A DNA stretch of 64,000 bases from Eledone cirrhosa. Taxonomy: Eukaryota. This document shows positions 43,225-57,749 of the stretch, piece after piece. The position numbers were made by a program, and so were the translations under genes. The stretch lies in assembly GCA_964016885.1 (NCBI GenBank), contig OZ024755.1, positions 42,346,001 through 42,410,000 of the forward strand, given 5' to 3'. The notes below the pieces were generated by a model that worked only from the letters and a program-made list of their open reading frames with translations, was not told the DNA's origin and did not search any database. Within the stretch, counting starts at the first letter, position 1. Each line of letters opens with the position of its first letter.

Positions 43225-45686
43225 TAAACAATTAAGTTAAAGATGTACATCCATATATGTATACTGAAATACTAGTATGTATATGAATACACACACGTAT
43301 ACATATGTAGATGTACCAAGTTTTTTTCACTGGTCACTTTACTGTGAGTGGCCAGCTATTCTGTATGTAAACACACAGACAAACCGGTTTTTAGAGTCAT
43401 ACTGGTTTTTGAGGAAACACCTTTCCTCTATTCTCCAGAAAGCCAGACAAGGAATATTGAACTAGTTTCGTTGTTGTTACAACTCATCAGCAATATTTAC
43501 CTATCTTCCGGCCTTTCTAGAGAATCGTAAAAGCACATATCGTTATATGCTTTTTCTATGAAAATTAGTAGTGGGCAGACCAACTTGCATAGAGTGTGAG
43601 TAAGTACCGGTTCAACGGAGACGATAAAAACAAATAACGAAACGAAATTAAATTTCGTTTCGTTTGTAACTCACTTTTGTATGACTGACACTTAAACAAT
43701 TAAGTTAAAGATGTACATCCATATATGTATACTGAAATACTAGTATGTATATGAATACACACACGTATACATATGTAGATGTACCAAGTTTTTTTTTTTT
43801 TTCACTGGTCACTTTACTGTGAGTGGCCAGCTATTCTGTATGTAAACACACAGACAAACCGGTTTTTAGAGTCATACTGGTTTTTGAGGAAACACCTTTC
43901 CTCTATTCTCCAGAAAGCCAGACAAGGAATATTGAACTAGTTTCGTTGTTGTTACAACTCATCAGCAATATTTACCTATCTTCCGGCCTCTCTAGAGAAT
44001 CGTAAAAGCACATATCGTTATATGCTTTTTCTATGAAAATTAGTAGTGGGCAGACCAACTTGCATAGAGTGTGAGTAAGTACCGGTTCAACGGAGACGAT
44101 AAAAACAAATAACGAAACGAAATTAAATTTCGTTTCGTTTGTAACTCACTTTTGTATGACTGACACTTAAACAATTAAGTTAAAGATGTACATCCATATA
44201 TGTATACTGAAATACTAGTATGTATATGAATACACACACGTATACATATGTAGATGTACCAAGTTTTTTTCACTGGTCACTTTACTGTGAGTGGCCAGCT
44301 ATTCTGTATGTAAACACACAGACAAACCGGTTTTTAGAGTCATACTGGTTTTTGAGGAAACACCTTTCCTCTATTCTCCAGAAAGCCAGACAAGGAATAT
44401 TGAACTAGTTTCGTTGTTGTTACAACTCATCAGCAATATTTACCTATCTTCCGGCCTCTCTAGAGAATCGTAAAAGCACATATCGTTATATGCTTTTTCT
44501 ATGAAAATTAGTAGTGGGCAGACCAACTTGCATAGAGTGTGAGTAAGTACCGGTTCAACGGAGACGATAAAAACAAATAACGAAACGAAATTAAATTTCG
44601 TTTCGTTTGTAACTCACTTTTGTATGACTGACACTTAAACAATTAAGTTAAAGATGTACATCCATATATGTATACTGAAATACTAGTATGTATATGAATA
44701 CACACACGTATACATATGTAGATGTACCAAGTTTTTTTCACTGGTCACTTTACTGTGAGTGGCCAGCTATTCTGTATGTAAACACACAGACAAACCGGTT
44801 TTTAGAGTCATACTGGTTTTTGAGGAAACACCTTTCCTCTATTCTCCAGAAAGCCAGACAAGGAATATTGAACTAGTTTCGTTGTTGTTACAACTCATCA
44901 GCAATATTTACCTATCTTCCGGCCTCTCTAGAGAATCGTAAAAGCACATATCGTTATATGCTTTTTCTATGAAAATTAGTAGTGGGCAGACCAACTTGCA
45001 TAGAGTGTGAGTAAGTACCGGTTCAACGGAGACGATAAAAACAAATAACGAAACGAAATTAAATTTCGTTTCGTTTGTAACTCACTTTTGTATGACTGAC
45101 ACTTAAACAATTAAGTTAAAGATGTACATCCATATATGTATACTGAAATACTAGTATGTATATGAATACACACACGTATACATATGTAGATGTACCAAGT
45201 TTTTTTTCACTGGTCACTTTACTGTGAGTGGCCAGCTATTCTGTATGTAAACACACAGACAAACCGGTTTTTAGAGTCATACTGGTTTTTGAGGAAACAC
45301 CTTTCCTCTATTCTCCAGAAAGCCAGACAAGGAATATTGAACTAGTTTCGTTGTTGTTACAACTCATCAGCAATATTTACCTATCTTCCGGCCTCTCTAG
45401 AGAATCGTAAAAGCACATATCGTTATATGCTTTTTCTATGAAAATTAGTAGTGGGCAGACCAACTTGCATAGAGTGTGAGTAAGTACCGGTTCAACGGAG
45501 ACGATAAAAACAAATAACGAAACGAAATTAAATTTCGTTTCGTTTGTAACTCACTTTTGTATGACTGACACTTAAACAATTAAGTTAAAGATGTACATCC
45601 ATATATGTATACTGAAATACTAGTATGTATATGAATACACACACGTATACATATGTAGATGTACCAAGTTTTTTTCACTGGTCACT
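43225..45686 (-). repeat. 468-bp tandem array, left arm (~5.25 units), retrozyme-like
   Basis: Units recur at ~468-475 bp spacing; hammerheads lie on the minus strand. Confidence 0.95.
43453..43497 (-). ncRNA. Type I minimal hammerhead ribozyme (also at 43928-43972, 44396-44440, 44864-44908, 45333-45377)
   Basis: Reverse complement of the motif at 46000-46044. Confidence 0.9.
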
Positions 45687-48212
45687 GTAAAGTGACCAGT
45701 GAAAAAAACTTGGTACATCTACATATGTATACGTGTGTGTATTCATATACATACTAGTATTTCAGTATACATATATGGATGTACATCTTTAACTTAATTG
45801 TTTAAGTGTCAGTCATACAAAAGTGAGTTACAAACGAAACGAAATTTAATTTCGTTTCGTTATTTGTTTTTATCGTCTCCGTTGAACCGGTACTTACTCA
45901 CACTCTATGCAAGTTGGTCTGCCCACTACTAATTTTCATAGAAAAAGCATATAACGATATGTGCTTTTACGATTCTCTAGAGAGGCCGGAAGATAGGTAA
46001 ATATTGCTGATGAGTTGTAACAACAACGAAACTAGTTCAATATTCCTTGTCTGGCTTTCTGGAGAATAGAGGAAAGGTGTTTCCTCAAAAACCAGTATGA
46101 CTCTAAAAACCGGTTTGTCTGTGTGTTTACATACAGAATAGCTGGCCACTCACAGTAAAGTGACCAGTGAAAAAAACTTGGTACATCTACATATGTATAC
46201 GTGTGTGTATTCATATACATACTAGTATTTCAGTATACATATATGGATGTACATCTTTAACTTAATTGTTTAAGTGTCAGTCATACAAAAGTGAGTTACA
46301 AACGAAACGAAATTTAATTTCGTTTCGTTATTTGTTTTTATCGTCTCCGTTGAACCGGTACTTACTCACACTCTATGCAAGTTGGTCTGCCCACTATAAT
46401 TTTCATAGAAAAAGCATATAACGATATGTGCTTTTACGATTCTCTAGAGAGGCCGGAAGATAGGTAAATATTGCTGATGAGTTGTAACAACAACGAAACT
46501 AGTTCAATATTCCTTGTCTGGCTTTCTGAAGAATAGAGGAAAGGTGTTTCCTCAAAAACCAGTATGACTCTAAAAACCGGTTTGTCTGTGTGTTTACATA
46601 CAGAATAGCTGGCCACTCACAGTAAAGTGACCAGTGAAAAAAACTTGGTACATCTACATATGTATACGTGTGTGTATTCATATACATACTAGTATTTCAG
46701 TATACATATATGGATGTACATCTTTAACTTAATTGTTTAAGTGTCAGTCATACAAAAGTGAGTTACAAACGAAACGAAATTTAATTTCGTTTCGTTATTT
46801 GTTTTTATCGTCTCCGTTGAACCGGTACTTACTCACACTCTATGCAAGTTGGTCTGCCCACTACTAATTTTCATAGAAAAAGCATATAACGATATGTGCT
46901 TTTACGATTCTCTAGAGAGGCCGGAAGATAGGTAAATATTGCTGATGAGTTGTAACAACAACGAAACTAGTTCAATATTCCTTGTCTGGCTTTCTGGAGA
47001 ATAGAGGAAAGGTGTTTCCTCAAAAACCAGTATGACTCTAAAAACCGGTTTGTCTGTGTGTTTACATACAGAATAGCTGGCCACTCACAGTAAAGTGACC
47101 AGTGAAAAAAACTTGGTACATCTACATATGTATACGTGTGTGTATTCATATACATACTAGTATTTCAGTATACATATATGGATGTACATCTTTAACTTAA
47201 TTGTTTAAGTGTCAGTCATACAAAAGTGAGTTACAAACGAAACGAAATTTAATTTCGTTTCGTTATTTGTTTTTATCGTCTCCGTTGAACCGGTACTTAC
47301 TCACACTCTATGCAAGTTGGTCTGCCCACTACTAATTTTCATAGAAAAAGCATATAACGATATGTGCTTTTACGATTCTCTAGAGAGGCCGGAAGATAGG
47401 TAAATATTGCTGATGAGTTGTAACAACAACGAAACTAGTTCAATATTCCTTGTCTGGCTTTCTGGAGAATAGAGGAAAGGTGTTTCCTCAAAAACCAGTA
47501 TGACTCTAAAAACCGGTTTGTCTGTGTGTTTACATACAGAATAGCTGGCCACTCACAGTAAAGTGACCAGTGAAAAAAACTTGGTACATCTACATATGTA
47601 TACGTGTGTGTATTCATATACATACTAGTATTTCAGTATACATATATGGATGTACATCTTTAACTTAATTGTTTAAGTGTCAGTCATACAAAAGTGAGTT
47701 ACAAACGAAACGAAATTTAATTTCGTTTCGTTATTTGTTTTTATCGTCTCCGTTGAACCGGTACTTACTCACACTCTATGCAAGTTGGTCTGCCCACTAC
47801 TAATTTTCATAGAAAAAGCATATAACGATATGTGCTTTTACGATTCTCTAGAGAGGCCGGAAGATAGGTAAATATTGCTGATGAGTTGTAACAACAACGA
47901 AACTAGTTCAATATTCCTTGTCTGGCTTTCTGGAGAATAGAGGAAAGGTGTTTCCTCAAAAACCAGTATGACTCTAAAAACCGGTTTGTCTGTGTGTTTA
48001 CATACAGAATAGCTGGCCACTCACAGTAAAGTGACCAGTGAAAAAAACTTGGTACATCTACATATGTATACGTGTGTGTATTCATATACATACTAGTATT
48101 TCAGTATACATATATGGATGTACATCTTTAACTTAATTGTTTAAGTGTCAGTCATACAAAAGTGAGTTACAAACGAAACGAAATTTAATTTCGTTTCGTT
48201 ATTTGTTTTTAT
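45687..48212 (+). repeat. 468-bp tandem array, right arm (~5.4 units), inverted relative to the left arm
   Basis: Reverse complement of the left-arm unit; junction GTCACT-GTAA-AGTGAC at 45681-45696. Confidence 0.95.
46000..46044 (+). ncRNA. Type I minimal hammerhead ribozyme (also at 46467-46511, 46935-46979, 47403-47447, 47871-47915)
   Basis: AAUAUUG-CUGAUGA-GUUGU(AACA)ACAAC-GAAA-CUAG-UU-CAAUAUU: 7-bp helix I, 5-bp helix II, palindromic helix III ACUAGU; predicted cut after GUU at 46037. Confidence 0.9.
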
Positions 48213-48243
48213 GTATATATATATATATATGTATATATATATG

Positions 48244-48276
<33 letters not shown>

Positions 48277-48281
48277 GTATA

Positions 48282-48705
48282 TACAATATTAAATAAATGG
48301 AAAACTATATTTATAAAACCATATTTATTTCATTATATATATTTCGGGGATATCATATTAACAATATGCTATGCCTTCATCAGACAAAATACAGTATAAA
48401 CAGTTTTCTTTCTCTCTGTATTTTCACTGCTAGAGTGAACCTCTTCAAATGAAGTTGATGTTTATTACGGTATGTCGAATATATTTATCTATAAAACTGT
48501 TTATATTGTATTTTGTCTGATGAAGGCATAGCATATTGTTAATATGATATCCCCGAAATATATATAATGAAATAAATATGGTTTTATAAATATAGTTTTC
48601 CATTTATTTAATATTGTAAATATACTCCAAGTATTTGTCGAGTGCTTTTATATCAGTTATAAATATTTAATAGTTGTAACCCAACAATTTTAAATATAAC
48701 TTTAC
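48282..48705 (+). mobile_element. Short Penelope pLTR/retrozyme-type insertion with an inverted 5' arm
   Basis: 126-bp inverted repeat at 48282-48407 / 48493-48618 containing a hammerhead; TA flanks. Confidence 0.7.
48509..48574 (+). ncRNA. Type I minimal hammerhead (mirror copy at 48326-48391, minus strand)
   Basis: UAUUUUGU-CUGAUGA-[imperfect helix II with CAUAUU/AAUAUG]-GAAA-UAUAUA-UA-AUGAAAUA. Confidence 0.68.
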
Positions 48706-48776
48706 ATGTATATGTATATATATATATGTATATATATATATATGTATATATATATGTATATATATATGTATATATA

Positions 48777-49794
48777 GACCGGTCTGTGTACACTCGAATC
48801 GGTCAATGGCACGTGCAGACATGAATATCTCCGTAGGATTTCAACTTTATTTTAATACATCTCATCGTATGTATTTGTTTTGAATATATTACCTGTGGTG
48901 GTGGGTCTGATCTAATGTGGTATTTCGGTGTTTCATATTTAATATTGTATTTAATATCGTATTTAATAACGGCTTTGACCCGGGTGTCCTACGCTGTGTG
49001 TGTGTGCGTGTGTGCCCGTGTATACATTTATATGTGTATGGGTGTAGGTGGTTATATGTGTCTGTGTGTATATATAAAAATATATATATATATATATATG
49101 TATACTGTCTCTGCATGTGCATGTGGTGTGTATACGTGCATATACGTACTGAACATATTGATGTGTACAATCTTGTGATGTCCCAATGCGGTGACTTAAT
49201 GGCTTTTATATTTTGTATGCGCTACAACTGTATCTGCTTGCTTTAACCTCACGCTTGCTAATGCATGTGAATTCTTCTACCTCCTTTGATGCACCTTTCT
49301 GACCATTTGACTCCTGCCCGTGTTGAACCGGTTTGTGATTACCCCACCGCTCGAGTGATACTGGTGACTGTGACACTTAGCGCCTTCGTGGGCCCCTGAT
49401 GTTTTCAAGAAATATATTTTAAAAAAATTGGTGTGTGAACCGGTTTGTGATTACCCCACCGCTCAACTGTGTGAATGCACACCCATGACTTTCGAGTGAA
49501 CTTTCGAGACTGCCCAACCTGGGACGCCTCCATTGCCTTGCAATGGTCAAGTGATACTGGTGACTGTGACACTTAGTGCCTTCGTGGGCCCCTGATGTTT
49601 TCAAGAAATATATTTTGAAAAATTGGTCAAGTGATACACATAACTGTGACATTTAGTGCCTTCGTGGGCCCCTGATATATTCAAGAGATATATTCTAAAA
49701 AAAAATATATATCTTATCTCAATTTACTTTATTTCATTTTATTTTATTTCATTTCATGTTATCTAATTTTATTTATTTACTTACTTGACTCCAT

Positions 49795-49837
<43 letters not shown>

Positions 49838-50597
49838 TATTTAAATTTAGATTTTAATTTAAAAATTTAAAAATTTAAATTTAAATTTTATTTATTTATT
49901 TAATTTTTATTTATTTATTTCTTTATTTCTTTATTTAATTACATTTAATTACATTTAATTATACATATAATTATAATTACACATTTGATTTTAATTTTAA
50001 TTTAGTCTATGTTATTTGATTTTAGTTTACCCTATTTTATCTTATTTTACGATTATACTATATTATGTTCTATGTATATAATTTTTAATTTTTAATTGTA
50101 TATTATTTTATCTCATTCCTTACCCTATATTTTATATTTTATATGTAAGTTTGTTATCTATTTCTTTGTATTTCTTTTTATATATATTATAAGTCTGTTT
50201 TTTACCTATTTTTTACCTATTTTTTACCTACTCTTACCTAATCCCATTATCTTATCTACTCTTGTCTGTTCTCTTATCCATGTGTCTACTCTTGTCTGTT
50301 CTCTTATCCATGTGTATGCTTGTATGTAACTATATGTTGACAGCACACCGCCCAACTGTGACAGATAGCACCCCTTATTTTTATTTTTATTTTTATTTTT
50401 ACTTTTATTTTTATTTTTTATTCTTATCCTCTATCGTCTATTATTACCTTTCATTCTTCAATGTCTTGGATTTGTTATTGCTTGTATGGTATGTAATTAA
50501 CCTTTATGCTCTGATGAGTCCCACTTATAGTGTGGATGAAACAATGTTAGCAAGTAAAGATATGCATATGCTATAAGCGTTCTTTGTTATTTATTTA
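48777..50597 (+). mobile_element. Non-coding insertion with internal repeats and a 3' hammerhead (probable Penelope-type 3' region or non-autonomous element)
   Basis: Bounded by TA tracts, three copies of a ~65-bp motif at 49355-49700, hammerhead near the right end, no credible ORF. Confidence 0.5.
50502..50559 (+). ncRNA. Type I minimal hammerhead ribozyme
   Basis: UGCU-CUGAUGA-GUCCCACUUAUAGUGUGGAU-GAAA-CAAUG-UU-AGCA; helix I extends through CUUUA/UAAAG. Confidence 0.78.
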
Positions 50598-50613
50598 TTA
50601 TATATATATGTAT

Positions 50614-50659
<46 letters not shown>

Positions 50660-50738
50660 GTATATATATATGTATGTATGTATATATATATATATGTATA
50701 TATGTATATATATATATATATGTATGTATATATATATG

Positions 50739-50770
<32 letters not shown>

Positions 50771-50771
50771 T

Positions 50772-51402
50772 TCACCAGTTGGTGCTACTGGTAACATGTA
50801 TCCCAGTACAACCTGTCTCATGGTCGGGTCGTTGGCGACTAAACTGGCAACCCCACCAAGGTTTCTTGGTGAGGAGGGTGACTTTGGACATCCTGCAGGA
50901 CTAAAAACAAAACCTGTCAAAGGGCAAAGGAGCTCTTAAGAGTCAATGGCCATCCAAAATCACCGGGAGAGATGACCCCTTTAGCCTTAGTCAAGGCAGA
51001 ATTCTAGGAGAAGGAAAACTCTGATATAACACCTGCAACCCTGATGGTATCCAATGATGTTGACTTGTTCTTCTTTTTGGTAAATAGCATCTTGGTTAAG
51101 AGAGTGGGACTGGCTTTGTGCAGTGCCTTTGCTCACTATAAAAGCTTCACGGCACAGGCATTGCTTTATATCTGGAGATCTCTCTGCACTTGTCCTCACA
51201 TGGGCCCAGCACTATGTGTCAATAATTGTCCTACCATGGGCCTAGCACTATGTGTCAATGATTGTCACAGGTGTTGTGTTTGTACCAGAGGTTTCAAGTC
51301 GCTGGCTGGACTAAAAAGTCACACTCGTTCAGCGCTTCGGTAGGGGTTATCCTACATGGATGTAAAGTAGTGGCCGTACTCGAAAACGAGTTGGCAGCCA
51401 CC
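50772..51402 (+). mobile_element. Non-autonomous bipartite RTE-derived element, longer copy
   Basis: Homologous to 3739-4252 with ~90 extra 5' bases and an internal ~36-bp tandem duplication (51199-51266). Confidence 0.8.
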
Positions 51403-53097
<1,695 letters not shown>

Positions 53098-53891
53098 GCG
53101 GCGATGAATTAGTTTTGCGAGGTTTTTTATATGAAATCGTGTGTCGAAACAGATATTGTTATATTTGGGGAGGGTCATATTTGCGTAATATTGCCAGAAT
53201 TAATAACAGAACACACTCACTGTTTGGTTGGTTTTCGCTTCTCGCTGTCTTTTATATATATGTATCTGCGATCTAACTTACTCGGTCCTCAATGTTGCCA
53301 TTGACTGACCGGCGGTCAAAAATAATACAGATACAATATAGACAAACACATATATATATAGTTTACATAAATCTTTCGTTGCACATCTGCAACATCGTCA
53401 GTGGTGTTATATTCATTGTTCCTCCTGTTGTGTTGTATGTCTACGCCATTTTTTTTTTGTTCAGTCTGTCTATATATTTATTTATTTATTTGCTTGTTTG
53501 TTTATCTTATTTTATTTTGTCTTCTTTGCGCATGCGTTTGCGTGTGTGTATAGTGTTATGTGTGATGTGTGACTAGTGTGTATAGTGTTGTGTCTGCTGG
53601 GTGACTAGTGTGTGTTTATGTGCTTGTGTATGTATTTATTTATCTTATTTTATTTAATTTAATTTACTTATTTATTTATACTTCTCTTAGGTCAGTGTTG
53701 TTTGTTTGGGTGTTGTTGTTGTTCCACTCATTCTTTCTGTTTAGCTTTGGTCTTCTAATTTCTATTTCACTGGCCTCTCTGATTTGCCTATCTGCTGGGT
53801 CATTCCTATGTTTAGATATTATTCTAATTTCTATGTTGTCTATGTTACCGTCATGATGTTGTCTAGCATGTTCGTATAGTACTGACCCGTT
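53098..53891 (-). mobile_element. Inverted 3' fragment of the Penelope-like element (GIY-YIG end + 3' region)
   Basis: Reverse complement of ~60134-60932. Confidence 0.92.
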
Positions 53892-54094
53892 ATATATGTA
53901 TATATGTATATATATGTATATATGTATATATATGTATATATATATATATGTATATATATATGTATATATGTATATATATATATATATATGTATATATGCA
54001 TATATATGTATATATGTATATATATGTATATATATATATATATATATGTATATATGCATATATATGTATATATGTATATATATGTATATATATG

Positions 54095-54125
<31 letters not shown>

Positions 54126-54322
54126 GTATATATGTATATATATATATATATGTATATATGTATATATATGTATATATGTATATATGTATGTATATATGTA
54201 TATATATGTATATGTATATATATATGTATATATATATGTATATATATATATATATGTATATGTATATATGTATATATATATGTATATATATATATATATG
54301 TATATGTATATATGTATATATG

Positions 54323-57247
54323 TATATTTGGGGAGGGTCATATTTGCGTAATATTGCCAGAATTAATAACAGAACACACTCACTGTTTGGTTGGTTTAAT
54401 AAAAGAGTTTGCATACCACAACAAATAGATGACGAGACGGAGGCACAGTTCACCATAGCTAGAAATAAGATTAGACAAGTAGTAGACAGGTACACTATGA
54501 GACAGAGCAGACCAGAGGCCCAACAACTTGGGATAAAACCTGTAGAAGGCTTGGTTAGCCTCAAGCAGCGCACAAGGGATGGTGAGGTAGTGTGTCTACC
54601 CACAGATAAGTCTGGTAGGATGTCAATAGATAGCATGCCGAACTACATCGAGGCAATGCAACCCCACATCACCAACACGAGCGAAGTTGCACAACTAACA
54701 CACGATGGGAGAGAAAAAATCCTCAACGCTCACATGATGATGTGGACTGACATCCTAAAGCCAAGCAGACGCACTGCCAACAACTTCCAGGCGTCTAACA
54801 ATGGCATACCACCCTTGTATGGGCTCCGCAAAGACCACAAGACAGTCGACGACCCGACAATAGGACCACCAACAAGACCTGTATGCGGAGCTAATATAGC
54901 TAGCAACTACAGGATCTCCTACTTCCTCTCAATGGTTATACGCCCCATAATCAAGATGTCCCCAGATGTATGTGAAAGTACAGAGGACCTCCTCAGCGGA
55001 ATCAGTGAGTGCAACAAAAACAGGAGCCTATCCAACTGCATAATAGGCAGCATGGATGTGGTGTCACTGTACCCATCCATTAACATTGATTTTGCTGTGA
55101 AAAGATGTGTGGAGATGATCATTGAGAGTGAGGTGGAGTTCTGCGACGTCGACACAGACGAACTGGGCCTCCTACTTAGACTTACCTACGACACTGACTA
55201 CCTAGACAGCCATGACCTTAGATGTTTCTGCCCTAGTAGACCTATAAGAGGTAGACCCCCCACCATAACCTCAATGGCTAAAAAGACTCCCATAGGAAGG
55301 TGGATTGGGTGGACCAAAGCTATACGGACCCCCCAAAACACTGATCAGGTAAGAAAAATGGTCGCACATGCAATAGGGGCTAGTATCAAAACTACCCTAA
55401 AGGGCCACATATTTAAGTTCAATGAGAAAATCTACACCCAAAATGAGGGAGCAGCCATCGGCGTCAGCATAGCTGGCGATGTTGCCAACCTTTTCATGGT
55501 ATGGTGGGAAAGGAGACTTAAAGATCTCCTTAATAATAGCTCCATAGACCTCATCATGTACTCTTGTTATGTAGACGATATCAATATAGTTATAAGAACA
55601 CCCCCACTAGAGAGCACTAACAAGTTTGATTTAGAACGTAGCACGATGGAAAGCATCCAGCAGATAGCTAATTCCATACACCAGAGTATAACTGTAACTA
55701 TAGACTTCCCTTCCAAACACCCTAACAATAGACTACCTGTATTAGACACAGAACTCTGGATTAACACTATAGACGAGAGAGCCCAAATTCTCCACTCACA
55801 CTATGCTAAACCCATGGCCTCCAAATACCTGATACTCAAAAACTCAGCAATGTCCAGTAGTGCTAAGTTTAATATTCTGATCGCAGATTTGGTACGAGTG
55901 ATGAAGAATGTGTCCAGCATGTGCGACCCAACAGAAATGGAAGGACACATCCAACACTTCATCAACCGCATGCAGTTCTCTGGCTACAACCAAAGAGACA
56001 GAGTCAGAGTATACGAAGGAGCCATGGAAAAGTATAAGACCCTCATAGAACTGGACATGAAAGGAATTTGCCCACTATACAGGAGCAAATCATGGAATAG
56101 CTTAGATAGGGCTAGACATAAGATAGGGAAGGCCACATCATGGTACGACAACCAGAGATATCAGAGTGTCATGTTTGTGGACGCCACCCCTGGAGGGAAA
56201 TTAGCTAACCAGTGTAGAAAGGCCCTGAGAAAGACCCACTTAAAAATAAAGGTGGTAGAAAAGCCAGGAACCACCATAAAATCCCTGATCAGCAAAACCT
56301 ACCCTTTTAAGAAAACCCACTGTACCAATAGGAAATGTATCATATGTAAGGTGAACCCCCGGATAAACTGTAAAACTAGAAACGTAGTCTATAGCATAAG
56401 ATGTACAGAGGGTACTTGCAGAAACACGACAACAACATACATAGGTGAGACAGCTCGTAGCATAGGTGAAAGGATAGACCAACACTGGGGGGAACTAAAA
56501 GGACGAAAAAACGGGTCAGTACTATACGAACATGCTAGACAACATCATGACGGTAACATAGACAACATAGAAATTAGAATAATATCTAAACATAGGAATG
56601 ACCCAGCAGATAGGCAAATCAGAGAGGCCAGTGAAATAGAAATTAGAAGACCAAAGCTAAACAGAAAGAATGAGTGGAACAACAACAACACCCAAACAAA
56701 CAACACTGACCTAAGAGAAGTATAAATAAATAAGTAAATTAAATTAAATAAAATAAGATAAATAAATACATACACAAGCACATAAACACACACTAGTCAC
56801 CCAGCAGACACAACACTATACACACTAGTCACACATCACACATAACACTATACACACACGCAAACGCATGCGCAAAGAAGACAAAATAAAATAAGATAAA
56901 CAAACAAGCAAATAAATAAATAAATATATAGACAGACTGAACAAAAAAAAATGGCGTAGACATACAACACAACAGGAGGAACAATGAATATAACACCACT
57001 GACGATGTTGCAGATGTGCAACGAAAGATTTATGTAAACTATATATATATGTGTTTGTCTATATTGTATCTGTATTATTTTTGACCGCCGGTCAGTCAAT
57101 GGCAACATTGAGGACCGAGTAAGTTAGATCGCAGATACATATATATAAAAGACAGCGAGAAGCGAAAACCAACCAAACAGTGAGTGTGTTCTGTTATTAA
57201 TTCTGGCAATATTACGCAAATATGACCCTCCCCAAATATAACAATAT
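54323..57247 (+). mobile_element. Penelope-like element (Neptune/Nematis-like) copy 1, 5'-truncated with a 75-bp inverted cap
   Basis: 54323-54397 is the reverse complement of the element's own 3' region, fused to an RT/GIY-YIG ORF. Confidence 0.9.
54398..56725 (+). CDS. Penelope RT + GIY-YIG endonuclease, 5'-truncated
   Basis: [26 protein letters not shown], Cys-rich linker, NVVY..C...[12 protein letters not shown]. Confidence 0.9.
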   Translation, partial: NKRVCIPQQIDDETEAQFTIARNKIRQVVDRYTMRQSRPEAQQLGIKPVEGLVSLKQRTRDGEVVCLPTDKSGRMSIDSMPNYIEAMQPHITNTSEVAQLTHDGREKILNAHMMMWTDILKPSRRTANNFQASNNGIPPLYGLRKDHKTVDDPTIGPPTRPVCGANIASNYRISYFLSMVIRPIIKMSPDVCESTEDLLSGISECNKNRSLSNCIIGSMDVVSLYPSINIDFAVKRCVEMIIESEVEFCDVDTDELGLLLRLTYDTDYLDSHDLRCFCPSRPIRGRPPTITSMAKKTPIGRWIGWTKAIRTPQNTDQVRKMVAHAIGASIKTTLKGHIFKFNEKIYTQNEGAAIGVSIAGDVANLFMVWWERRLKDLLNNSSIDLIMYSCYVDDINIVIRTPPLESTNKFDLERSTMESIQQIANSIHQSITVTIDFPSKHPNNRLPVLDTELWINTIDERAQILHSHYAKPMASKYLILKNSAMSSSAKFNILIADLVRVMKNVSSMCDPTEMEGHIQHFINRMQFSGYNQRDRVRVYEGAMEKYKTLIELDMKGICPLYRSKSWNSLDRARHKIGKATSWYDNQRYQSVMFVDATPGGKLANQCRKALRKTHLKIKVVEKPGTTIKSLISKTYPFKKTHCTNRKCIICKVNPRINCKTRNVVYSIRCTEGTCRNTTTTYIGETARSIGERIDQHWGELKGRKNGSVLYEHARQHHDGNIDNIEIRIISKHRNDPADRQIREASEIEIRRPKLNRKNEWNNNNTQTNNTDLREV

Positions 57248-57284
57248 ATGTATATATATATATATGTATATGTATATATATATG

Positions 57285-57341
<57 letters not shown>

Positions 57342-57434
57342 GTATATATATATATATGTATATATATATGTATATATATATATATGTATATATGTATGTA
57401 TATATATATGTATATATATATATATGTATATATG

Positions 57435-57465
<31 letters not shown>

Positions 57466-57658
57466 GTATATATGTATATATATATATATGTATATATATA
57501 TATGTATATATGTATATATATGTATATATATATATATGTATATATATATATGTATATATGTATATATATGTATATATATATATATGTATATATGTATATA
57601 TGTATATATATATATATATATGTATATATGCATATATATGTATATATGTATATATATG

Positions 57659-57689
<31 letters not shown>

Positions 57690-57718
57690 GCATATATATG
57701 TATATATGTATATATATG

Positions 57719-57749
<31 letters not shown>

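Noticed and set aside
43277-48091. Repeated 60-62 aa ORFs in the 468-bp unit
   Set aside because: Short, antisense to the ribozyme strand, no motifs, and one is broken by poly-T length changes between units
43225-48212. CRISPR-like array or rDNA/5S repeat
   Set aside because: Units are wholly identical with no unique spacers; no cas genes and no recognisable rRNA or tRNA sequence
50772-50880. Possible ribozyme or tRNA head at the 5' end of the SINE-like element
   Set aside because: Hairpins exist, but I could not fit an HDV, hammerhead or tRNA A/B-box pattern
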